From the NCBI RefSeq assembly GCF_963921235.1, contig NC_086108.1, forward strand, positions 66,094,001 to 66,158,000: DNA of 64,000 nucleotides, in the 5' to 3' direction. The translations under genes were made by a program, and so were the position numbers. Numbering within the stretch: position 1 is the first letter of the stretch; every line of letters starts with the position of its first letter. The notes under the pieces are model-generated. The model did not search any database. It was not told the DNA's origin and saw only the letters and a program-made list of their open reading frames with translations. The DNA comes from Mobula hypostoma. Taxonomy: Eukaryota. This document shows, in pieces, positions 51,006 to 62,679 of this stretch.

Positions 51006-51913
51006 GCATGTCTTGTATTTGATTGTATGACCAGCCTGTATCATTTGTAAATTGCCATTTAGTGAAATGTCTGTAGCAAATTGTTGAATTCATCTGGAAT
51101 TTGTTCATTCTGTGCCTCTGAATGAAAAGCAAAACCCACTGCTTTGAATAATAAAAAATTGTAAAATTCTATTAGGTTGATATTGAAAACTTCCTTTTAA
51201 TGTCCTTCTCTAAGTACATTGTACTCAAAGGAACATAATATAGCTTTCAAGATGATATTATCTTTTACAAATTAGTGATAATAATAATACAGAATTCTTT
51301 TGCAGAGCGAGGAAGCAGTTGCCCTATATTTTAATGAAAGTTTCAGTGGATCATTAACTGTTTCTCTCTTCACAAATGCTGCCTGAGTGCTGAGTATTTC
51401 TGTCATCAGATTTCAAATTTCAAACATCAGAAATACTTTGTAATTACAAGATTAGCAGCTACAGGGTGCATAGAATATTTGGCTAAATGGAGTAACACTA
51501 TATCACAGGAGGAGCTTGGTATGGAGAGATGTGGAGCATTCTGCTGTCTCAGCAACACATTTTAATCTGGGGCAGAGATTAATTTAAAGAGCCTCTTATT
51601 GAAAAATGTTATAAGACTCAAATGCATATGCAAAGTCATCTGAGGCACTTATGGAGCATTTGAGTTTTATTCTATTTGTTTTTTTGCCAGAAAGGATTCA
51701 TCCAATACTTCCTTCTTTGAAATGACTTAACTACTTGCAAGGTCTCATAGATCTTGCTTATAGACTCCAGAAGTATAATAGGAAATCCAAAGTGTAAAGC
51801 AGCAATAACGAAATCACAGTATTACAGCTTTCTAAGTAACCAATACTGACTTAACAAAATATGCTAATTGACTTTGACTTATCTTCTCTCTAACAGTTTT
51901 GAACGTGAAACAG

Positions 51914-52092
51914 AAACAGAAACTGCTGGAAACACTCAGTAGTGCAGGCATCATCCGTGGGAGCAGATGTTTCAGGTTTTGATGAAAGGGTCTGGATCTC
52001 AGACGTTAATTCTCTTTCTCTTTCCAAAGGTGCAACCTGACTTGTTGAGTGTTTCCAACATTTTCTGTTTCCAATTCAGGTTTCCAGCATCT
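51914..52092 (+). mobile_element. Old fold-back PLE-derived short element
   Basis: Arms AAACAGAAACTGCTGGAAACACTCA / TGAGTGTTTCCAACATTTTCTGTTT; central hammerhead relic TTGATGAAAGGGTC; one-sided TTTCCAGCATCT tail. Confidence 0.65.
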
Positions 52093-52724
52093 TTGGCTTT
52101 GTTGATCTTCAGCTTTTGAGCAGGCTGTGCGCCTTGATACGAACATTACTTATTTAAAAAAAAACTGTGAATTTTTTCTTTTGTTTGACTAATCACTGAA
52201 CTCTTGCTCTATTTTCATTAAGAACTTCAAAATCAAAAACTTCACATGAATGAAGTATTCCCTGACTTCACCCCTTGATAAAATGACTATAAAATTAAGT
52301 TTGTGGGTGCTTGAAAGGATTCATCAGCAAGACGAAATTTGTCTTCCCTACCCTCTACACTGCAGAATCATTCCAACTTACGCTCTTCCAAGGGCAGTAT
52401 ATCTTTTATGTTTCATGCTCAAAACTAAATGTTAAAAAACTAGATAAAGTTTAACAAAGACCCTTAAACAACTAAAACATCCGTTCTCCAGTTTTAAATT
52501 TTGTAGCTATGTACAAGTTTTTGACAATTTGTGTTAATAGAAAGTTATGTTCTCATTTTCTTAATCTTATTTATTTCTCTTACATCCAAAGTGATCAACA
52601 TCACAGACTTCCATGTTGAAATTCATCTGCTACATTTTGGGACACATATCTGGTCTGTATCTGACCCTAAACAATTTTCTGTTTCCATCCAAACAACTAA
52701 TCATATTTCTAACTTAGTATTGTA

Positions 52725-55700
52725 GAGTCTTAGAACATGACAGTACAGAAACAGGCCCTTCAGCCCATCTAGTCTGCTAAACTATTAAGCTGTCTAGTCC
52801 CATTGACCCCAGATCATAACCCTCCATACCCCTCCCATCCATGTACCTATCCAAATTTCTCGTGTTGAAATTGAACCAACATCCACCACTTGCGCTGAAA
52901 ATTTATTCTACACTCTCACCACTGAGTTATGAAGTTCTCCTCATGTTTCCCTTAAACTTTTCATTTTTCACCCTAAATCCAATTGTAGCCTCACCTAACC
53001 TCAGTGGAAAAAACCTGTTTGCATTTACTCCATCTAAACCTCTCATAATTTTGTATGCGCACAATCTATAAAATCTTACCGCGATCTTCCACAGTCTAGA
53101 GAATAAAGTCCTAACCTGTGTAACCTTGCCATATAACTTAGGTCCTTAAGTCCCAGCAATATCCTTGTAAATTTTCCCTGTACTCTATCTATCTTACTTG
53201 CATCTTTTCTGTGGGTGGGTAACCAAAACTGCATACAATGCTCCAAATTAGGCCTCAGCAACAATTTCAACATAACATCCCATCTCCTGTACTCAATACA
53301 TTGATCTATGAAGCTCAATATGCCAAAAACATTCTTTATGATCACGACCCTATCATCTTTACTGATAACTTCCTCAAAAACACTGTAAGTTTGGTTAGAT
53401 ATGATTTAAGATTTCCTCCATCTCTTTCAGCTCCATGCATAGATGACCACTCTTATCCTCCAATTTTGTCCCTTGTTATCTTTTTGTACTTAATATATCT
53501 GTACTCTGAACTGGCAACTGAAGCTGCCCAGAATGGCTGGAAGACCAGGGTTTTCCCTGTAGAAGTGGGATGCAGGGGATTCATTGCTACATCTACGACC
53601 AGTCTATTGAAGAAGATGGGGGTGAGGGGTCACTCCCTCCAACAAGCAATTAAGTCCTTGTCAAATGCAGCAGAAGAAAGCAGCAATTGGATTTGGATTA
53701 AAAGGAAAGACAACAACTAGGCTGCAAGATGAAGACAGGAGGGTATGGAACTGAGTGGGGTGTATCTGGGACACCAGGTAGCACCGTTGAGCCCTCTGGA
53801 GACGTCGTGGGCTTATCAACGAAACGTCAAAGAAGGAGGGTGCCCACTTGATGACCCCAATGACGTACCGACCCTCCCTCCTTGTCACCACTCCAAACCC
53901 ACTGCCAACATTGAGAGTGCCAACTTACCATAGGGATTGAAACATCAAGTCCTAGTAGCTCTACTGCAGAAGCCCTCAGGATTCTTATTCACCATGTCTG
54001 CTAGGGAAATCTCAAGTCTTCTTTTAACCCTCCTGATTTCCTTCGTAACTGTTCTCTTGCAATTCTTACACTCCTCAAGTACTTCATTTGTTCCTGCCTG
54101 CCTGTACTTGCAATGCACCTCCTTCTTTTTCCTAACTAGGGCCTCAAAATCTCTTGAAAGCCAAGGTTCCCTAAACCTGTTATACTTGCCTTTTATTCTG
54201 ACAGGAACATACAAACTCTGTACTCTCAAAATTTCACTTTTGAAGGCTTCCCACTTACCAAGTACACCCTGCCACAATCCACACTTATCAGATCTTTTCT
54301 GATACCATCAAAATTGGCCTTTCTCCAGTTTAGAATCTTAGCTCAAGGACCAGTCCTATCCTTTTTCCATAATTACATTGAAACTAATGGCGAAGTTCAT
54401 CACACAATCTTCTGTCACCTACCCTGTCTCATTTCAAAATAAGAGATCTAGTTCACACTCTCTCTAGGTGGAAATTCTATATACTGATTAAGGAAACTTC
54501 CATGAACATATTTGACAGACTTTTTCCCATCCAGCCCTTTTACAGTATGGGGGTGCCAGTCAACATGTGGAAAGTTAAAATCACCTACTGTGACAATCTT
54601 ACTTTCTTGCAACAGTCTGGGATCACTCTGCAATTTGCTCCTCTAAATCCCGTGGACTGTTATATTATAGACTGTACGGGGGGAGGGTGGGGGGATTTAA
54701 ACTAGAGTTGCAGGGGAATGGGAACCAAAGCTTCAGAACAGAGAGCGGAGTGGCTGTGGAGAAAGCCTACATACAAATTCAGAAATCGAAAGGTTGAGTA
54801 AGGTGGGACTAATCCCGTTAGGATATTAGACCTCATCCAGCTCAGGTGCAAACTATCACTTCTGTACAGATCCCACCTTTCCTAGAAGACAGCATAAAGA
54901 TCCCAAAATCTTAAGCCCTCCCTCCTGCTGCATCTCCTTAGCTATGTGTTAAACCATATAATCTTCCTATTTCTGGCCTCATTAACACATGGCATGGGTA
55001 GCAATCCTGAGTTTATAACCCTGGAAGTCCTTTTCTTTAACTTAGCACCTAACTCCATGAATTCACTTTGCAGAACCTCATCACGCTTCCTACCTATATC
55101 ATTGGTACCGACGTGGACCACAACTTCTGGCCGCTCATCTTCCCTCTTAAGATTGCTATGGACTTGATCCAAGATATTCTTGACATTGACACCTGGGAGG
55201 CAACACACCATCTGAGAATCCCATTCTCATCCAGAGAACCTCTTCCCTGTTCCCCTAACCATTGAATCCTCTGTCACTACAGCTCGCCTCTTCTCCCCCT
55301 TCCTTTCAGAGCCACAGAGCCAGACTCGGTGCCAGAGACCTAAATGCTGTGGCTCTCCTCTGCTACGTCATTCCTCCCAATAGTATTCAAAGTCTTATAC
55401 AAAGCCACATGGATACTCTACACTGGCTGCCTATGCCCTTTTCCCCTCCTGGTGGCCACCCAGTTACCTGTGCACTGCACCTTGGGTGTAGCTACATCCC
55501 TGAATGTCCTGCCTATCAGCGCCTTAGCCTTTCAAATGATCTGGAGTCCATCCAATTCCAGCTTCAACTGCTTAACGTAGTCCATTAGAAGCTGCAGCTG
55601 AATGCACTTCTTGCAAGAGTATCCATCAAGGATACTGGAGTTTTCCTTGCCTTCCCACATCCTGCAAGAGGAGCATTTCACTACTCTGCCTGGCAACCCC

Positions 55701-55900
55701 TCTGCTTTAAATGTGCAATAAGAAAGAGAGAATAAATAACAAAAATAAAATCCACCTACGGTCTACACCTCATCTCACCAAAGCCTCAACTCCCCACTCA
55801 CATAATGACCACTTCACTTAAATCTAACTTCTTTTTATTGGATCTTGCCAAGTGCCTAATTATGCGCAACCTAGGTCTCTTCAGGAACTGTGGCTGTGGC
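52725..55900 (-). mobile_element. CR1 LINE, multiply deleted (3' end, ORF2 pieces, ORF1)
   Basis: RPNLEHCMQFW (53076-53345), VGDFNFP (54448-54633), VVHVGTNDIG (54942-55211). Confidence 0.85.
53503..53965 (+). mobile_element. Hero-clade (restriction-like endonuclease) non-LTR element 3' fragment inserted in CR1
   Basis: YSELATEAAQNGWKTRVFPVEVGCRGFIA...SNWIWIKRKD* is a typical Hero RLE C-terminus; host CR1 resumes at GAAGCCC. Confidence 0.8.
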
Positions 55901-56289
55901 GTGCAAAATGTGCCTTCTGCCGCCGCTTGCTTCTTTTAAGCTCTTTCTTCCTCACAATGCAATATGGATATTCAATTCTCTATTATTTTCATTTGTCAAT
56001 AATATCTACATATGAAACATAAAGGATTCAGTACTGTTTTCTGAAGGTCTCCACATTATATCTCAGCATTTAGAGAACATAAGTATAGTCCCTATTCTTA
56101 TTGTTTTTAAATCTTTTTATTTCCCTTTCCTCCTCTAGCCCTATAACAGACCAAATAATAGTCCTCCACTTCTGCTCTCTTGAGTACACAAATATGTAAG
56201 GTGCAAACTCAGCTGCCAACAACTTACTGCCTTCCTCTAAATTCATATGCTCTGGATGTGGCCTTTGAAACTAAATTGCCACCCCTTTA

Positions 56290-57220
56290 ACATTGCTGAG
56301 TCAAAGTCCTACAATGCCCTGCCCAAGTACATTGAACCTCCGCTGTTCAAAAAGGTGGCTCACCCAACAGGCTGTCTTCTTGATCATCTGCAGTTCTTCT
56401 GGTGAAAAGGGGGAGGGGAAACCGTAGTTCTGGAAGTCCATGTGTTTACTCTCCTGTTCTTCCTGGTGGTAAAAGTTACAGCGCTGGGAGGGGTTGTTGG
56501 AGCTTCTTGTTGTGTAACTGCAGTAAAATCTTTAGATGATGCACATTTCATGCAAGGTGAGCCAATGGAGGATTGATTGACTACTTTGGGTGGTGGTGGG
56601 GATGCCAATTAAGTTGACCTGCTTTGTCATGGATGATAAGATGGTTCTTGGATATTGCAGGAGTCACGCTCATTCAAGCAGTTGGCAAGCATTCCATTAC
56701 ACTCCAGTTCTGTGCCTTAAATATGACAGAAATACTTTAGAATGTCAGAAAATGAGTGATATGTAATAGGGTACCACATAATTTATGCAGCCCCAAAATA
56801 TATGTGTTGATTGTAGTTGACTTCATGGTCAATGTATCCCTCAAGTTGGTGAGGGAACTTGTAATAGTAATGGCATGGAATGTCAAATGTGCATAGTTAG
56901 ATTTTCTCTTATTGGAGATGGACTTTGCTTAATGTTACCTTGCTACATATCAGCTATTGCCTATTTGCTATCAAGATCTTTGTCATAAATGCAAGGATTG
57001 CTTTTTTTTACAAGCAGCTGTGAATTAAGTTGAACATTCTGGAATCATTATTGTATAACTACCTTATGACCATATGAAGGACGGAAGGTCATTGATGTAC
57101 TAGCTGAAGATGACTGGGCCAAGCATGTTGCCCTAAGGAACTCCTGCAATGATGTCATGTGACTGGATAATTAACCTCCAATGAAAATAAGCATTTTCCT
57201 TTATGAAAGATATGTTCCAG
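56290..57220. mobile_element. Very degenerate LINE (CR1/L2 group) fragments
   Basis: Minus-strand GVP.GNMLGP-like remnant near 57110-57150; weak. Confidence 0.45.
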
Positions 57221-57544
57221 CAATTAAAGATTTTTCCTCAATGCCAATTGATTAGATTAATCAAGGTTCCTGTAACTATATAAATGAATTTATTGTTCTC
57301 CTGGTATCTCCCATCTTTCAACTAATTAGTAATCCACGGCACAAAGTTACGGGCAATTCCATTCTTCTTAATTCTAATATTCCTTTGCAAAAACCCAATA
57401 AAAGCCTCTTAGACATATTTTTCCCCACTGTGAGAAGTGGGATTTTTCTGCACCGTTTCGAGTGCTTCAATGTCTATCTTGCATTTCAAATGCATAACTT
57501 CAGTTATGTTAATTGACATGGCAATGTCAGATCAATAACTTTAA

Positions 57545-58436
57545 TGTGGTTTATATAAAAGGAAGTCATGGCATATAAAACTTCAGTCAGCCCACACTTG
57601 GAGTATTGTGTGTAGTTCTGGTTGTCCCATTATAGGAAAGTTATGGAGATTGCTGAGAGAGTGTAGATGAGGTTTACCAGGATGCTGTCTAGACTAGAGG
57701 GTGTGAGCTATAATAAAGGATAATATGTATACTAGGCACCACAGTAGCCGAGCAGTTAGCGCGACGCTATTACAGCTCGGGGCATCAGAGTTCGGAGTTC
57801 AATTCTGATGTCATCTGCACCTCCTCCCCACGGAATGCATGGTTTTTTTCCCAGTACACCAGTTCCTCCCACAAACCAATGGCATACCGGTTAGTAGGTT
57901 AAATTGTCCTGTGATTAGGCTAAGATTAAGTCGGGGGTTGCTGGTTGGCAAGGCTCGAAAGTCTGGAAAGGTCTGTTCCATGCTGCATCCCGAAATAAAA
58001 AACAAATCAAAATAAATACATGTTCTCCCTAGAGTGTCAGCGGCTAAGGTGAAACCTGATATCGGCTTTTAAAATTATAAGTGGTAGTGAGTCAGAATCT
58101 TTTCCCCAGGGTAGAACTGTCAAACACCAGAGGACATAATTTTGCTCTGGGCCCCCCCAACCCCCTCCCAGTCTGTCAAAAGGTTTGTTTAATTTTAAGT
58201 TGGTGGGTGGGGTTTAAAGGTGTCGTGAAGGGCAATTTGTTTACACAGAGAGTGGCAGGTTACAAGGGCTAATAGTAGAATCCCGCAGTTTGCTAGAGTT
58301 TAGGAGGCTTTTAGATAGACACATGAATATGGATGATCTACAGGAGTATGATAAGTATTATAAATTGGCTTCAGTATTGTCACAATAGTATGAATCAAAA
58401 AGCCTGTCCAGTGCTGTACTGTTCTATGTTCTATGC
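57545..58436 (+). mobile_element. CR1 3' fragment with nested tRNA-SINE (~57735-58020)
   Basis: CACTTGGAGTATTGTGTGTAGTTCTGG, tail (TTCTATG)n; SINE head GTAGCCGAGCAGTTAGCGCG...GAGTTCAATTC. Confidence 0.75.
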
Positions 58437-58634
58437 TCGAAATGTCTTTCTGAGTTTAAATCAAAATTTCTTTCAGTTGTTTGTTTTGCATCTTTCGTCC
58501 AATGACAAATAAACAATCAAATGTTTAGCCATTTATAGAGGTCAAGTGTGTAAAATTATTGGATACTGATCATTATGACTCAAAATGGTTGTAATATTAA
58601 TAAATAGGATTTTAAAGCTATTCATATTGGAGCA

Positions 58635-60330
58635 ATAGAGCTACACAGTATCAAAATCATTTAGCCCATCACATCCATGCTGACTTCCTTGTCCATCTGC
58701 ACTATTTCCGTTTGCCCACTGTCTCCTAAACCTCTTGACTGTATCTAAGTCCACCATCTCCTTTCGCAGTAAGTTCCAGAAATCAACCACTCTCTTATGA
58801 AAAAGGTTCCCCTCAAATTCCCTTTAAAATTCTTTCCTCTCATTTCAAACCTATGCCTTCTTTTTTTGCCAATCCTACCATGGGAAAAGATCTGATCACC
58901 CATCTTATTTATGCACCTTATAGTTTTATGTATCTCTATCAAGTCACCCTCTCAGTCTTTTTCTAACTGGTGAAAACCTGCTTAGCCTACCCCATCTCTC
59001 CCCATGACTGAAGTCCTCTAATCAAAGCAGCTTCCTAGTGAGTCTCCTCTGCACACTCTCTATTACAACCCATGTCTTTCAATAAGTAGTGATCAAAACT
59101 CAAAGGTTTCAAAGGTACATTTAATGTCAGAGAAATGCATACAATATACATCTTGAAATACTTTTTCTTTGCAGATGTCCACGAAAATAGAGGAGTGCCC
59201 CCAAAGAATCAATGACAGTTAAATGTTAAAACCCCAAAGCCCCCCTCAGCTCCCCGCTCCCATGCATAAGCAGCAACAAAGCAACAATCCCTCCTCCCCC
59301 ACGAACAAAATAAAAGCATCAGCACCTACCACAGAATGCTCAAGCGTGCAGCAAAGCATCAGCAAAGACTTGCAGTACCCCAAAGACTACTCGTTCACCC
59401 GGTATTCAACATACCACAGGCTCTCTCTCCCTAATAAGGGAAAAAGAGGTGTCTCCATTTCACAGCAAAAGGGGAGACATAGCAAACAGCTCACTGATTT
59501 ATGGTGTTAAAAGTCTGTTGCGTCACTTTTTCCGGGCTCTGTGCCCAAAGAAATCGGGTCTCTAGGCACACAGCCAGCAGCTAGCTCGCTGCTTTCGATC
59601 TTCCATCTCCCACGACACACTGAATTCCTGCAGAGGCACCGATCTTCAGTCCACCTATCTCCAGAGCCATGAGATCCCGGAATTCTGAAGGCGAGCTAAT
59701 CTCCTAGGCCGCATCCTTGGTATATCACAAAAAGAGCAGTCATGAAACCCTGAGAGCAGGTCCCATTCCCACAAAGAACAAAAGTCAGGGTGTAACTCCA
59801 GGTCAGGGTCTTCACAAGAACCCTGAATGACAAAAATAGAGATACTGAATGACAAAAATAGAGATATTAAAGATAGAAATAGAGCTGTTTCCGAAGATGC
59901 AAGCAGAGGAGTCGCCGTTAGGCACCATTGTCTCTCCTAAGCTCGTCCAGTACTCCAATACTGCACACAATACTCCAAATACAGGTTAATTATGTTTTTT
60001 AATGTTGCAACATAATATTCTAACTTCTATATTATGTGCCACAAAATATTAACACAACCATGCCCTAGGCCTTTCCTTATTACTCGATTACTTGTGCTAC
60101 CATTTTCTGTGAACTGTGGACTTTGAAACTCCAGTGTTCTTCTGATCAACATTTCTTAGCATCCTATCAATTACTGCACATTCCCTTGCTTATTGGACTT
60201 CTAAAAATACATCACCTTGCACTTATCAGGATTATATTTCATCTTCCAGTTCTGTGCCCAAGTTTCCATCTGATCTATAATGGTTGTAACCTTAGACAAC
60301 CTTCCTTACTGTCTACAACACCAACATTTA
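58635..60330 (-). mobile_element. Degenerate CR1 3' fragment, interrupted at 59101-59960
   Basis: ORF 58745-58942 is homologous to the CR1 RT C-terminus; host resumes at ACTGCACACAATACTCC. Confidence 0.7.
59101..59945 (-). mobile_element. Non-coding retroposon (probable LINE-derived non-autonomous element)
   Basis: Clean insertion in CR1; minus-strand ATTAAA followed by a (CCTTTGAAA)-type tail; internal 22-bp duplication at 59823-59866. Confidence 0.5.
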
Positions 60331-61019
60331 TGACATCCACATATGTTATTGTTAAATTTACGTCACTTGCCTTATATTTCGGCGTTCTATTCAGCAGGCA
60401 TGGTTGTAATTTCCTTCAGTAAATGAACACAAATATTGCAGTTACCAACAAATTCCCAGAACCATTTCAACCCTGTTAATCTTTTGATCTAACTTGGCAG
60501 TTAAATTACTGGTTGAGGAATTAATTCCTCCTTTCCAAAGGGGTAAGTTTTTAACTTGCCATTTGGTATAACCTGATGCCATGGGTCATTTGCCTATTCT
60601 AGAAAAGCCTACTATTGACTTCATTTCTATTGAAGTCAGTAGAAATGAAGACTGGAAGATTAAGAGATTAATGTAGAACAGTTAACCTGATAAAAAGTGG
60701 GCAACTTTATGTACCATTCAACACAGGAACCCTACGGCATCATAAAGGCAACACTCATGTTTGCTCAGAGCAGTACCATTCATGTTTTCATTAACTATAC
60801 AAATTTACAAAGCATGCAATATATTTATGCATTGAGGCATAAGTATGCTCTATATGATTTGTTCTCTGAGAGTGGGGAGAACACTTACATAGTGTAAATG
60901 GCGTTCAAAATTTGAACTTTGGAAACAGAAGCTGTGTAACCTAAATAACCATATGATTCCTGACCTTTGAGTCTTGAGTGATGAGGATTAGAACATTGGG
61001 ATAAGTTTATTAAAATTTT

Positions 61020-61745
61020 TAGTTAGAGATGCAATAAGGACCAGGCCCTTACACCCCAATGAGCTGCACTGCCCAGAAGCCCACCTATTTAACCCTAGCC
61101 TAAGCAGAGGTCAATTTATAATGACCAATTAACCTAGTAACCGGGGTGCCTTTGGTATGGGAACTGTACTTCCCTCAATCGCAGGACTCTGCAGAGAGTG
61201 GTGCAGACAGCCCAGCACATCTATAGATGTGAACTTCCCACTATTCAGGGCACTTACAAAGACAGGTATGTAAAAAGTGCCCGAAGGATCATTGGAGACC
61301 CAAGTCACCCCAACCACAAACTGTTCCAGCTGCTACCATCCGGGAGAAGGTACCGCAGCATAAAAGCCAGGACGAACAGGCTTCGGGACAGCTTCTTCCA
61401 TCAGGCCATCAGACTGATTAATTCATGCTGATACAATTGTATTTCTATGTTATATTGACTGTATTGTTGCACATACTATTTATTATAAATTACTATAAAT
61501 TGCACATTGCACATTTAGACGAAGAAATAAATGAAAGGTTTTTACTCCTCATGAATATGAAGGATGCAAGTGATAAAGTCAATTCAGTTCAATTCAATTC
61601 ATGGGAGGAAAGCAGAGCACCTGGAGGAAACCCATATGTTTTATGGGTAAAAACATACAAGTTCCTTCCAGATGGCGCCAGAATTGAATTCCGAGCTCCG
61701 GAACAGCCGGAGGTGTAATAGTGTCATGCTAATTGTGATGCTATC
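61020..61745 (-). mobile_element. tRNA-SINE split by a Rex/Babar 3' fragment (61163-61600, +)
   Basis: Insert ORF LFQLLPSGRRYRSIKARTNRLRDSFFHQAIRL with (AATTC)n tail; TSD ATGGGA at 61157-61162 and 61601-61606. Confidence 0.8.
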
Positions 61746-62679
61746 ATGGATGAATGAAGTTACATGAATTCTATCGGTATTAGCAAAATTTCACCGGTAG
61801 TTACTGTTAAGTAATAACACAATCTTGTTATTGGAGCTGCATCCAGGTTACGCATGAGAAAGATTGCAGAATTTGGGAGAAGATGGCAAAAGATGATGGT
61901 TAGTAATAATTTTAGTACCATTTGACTGCAGAAGCCTCCTCAGAAACAGACCACACAAGAATGCGTCCACTAAAATGAATAATACTCCAACACTGACATA
62001 GTTCATTGACAATTGAGAAGCTGGGTGGTTTGATTTTTTTCAGAAAACATGAATAGTGTAATTAAAAAAATCATTACCTGCTGTGTTTTTCCAGTGTTTC
62101 CTTTTGCACATAAGGTTAGTTCTTTTCCCTGGATACAGTTCTTCACTGATGTTATGGCTTTGTACAGCCCGTGCTCAGAAAAATCTAGCTATTGCCATCT
62201 GTACAAATATCTAATTAACACAGCAGTTGATATACAGTACGTCAAAACAGATAGAAGTTATTGTATACTCCACATCCTTATATAAAAGCACTTGGATTTA
62301 CCTCCCATCCTGAATTGAAAATATATTCCAGTCCCTGCATTATTTCTGGGCCCACATTTCCTGGAACTCCCTACCCAAATGCAACATGGCAATGCCTTCG
62401 CTAGAAAGACTGTAATGGCTCAAGAAAGGAAAGCACAGATAAGCAATAAATGGTGGGTTGGATTGATGTCCACGTTCCATAAATTAATATATAAAAAAAA
62501 ACACCTTTCATAAGCTAGAGCAGCCCATAGAGGATCATACCCAATGTACTTTTGAAATGCTGGTAATGTAATGTCAAAATGAAAGTAAAATTTATTATCA
62601 AAGTATGTATATATATATCTATATACTACATTGAGATCCTTTCTCTTGCAGTCATTTACAGAAAGATAAAGAAATACAA

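Noticed and set aside
53796..53830. Hammerhead-like string CTGGAGA...GAAACGTC in the Hero 3' UTR
   Set aside because: Core deviates from CUGANGA and there is no convincing stem I; a simple bulged hairpin explains it
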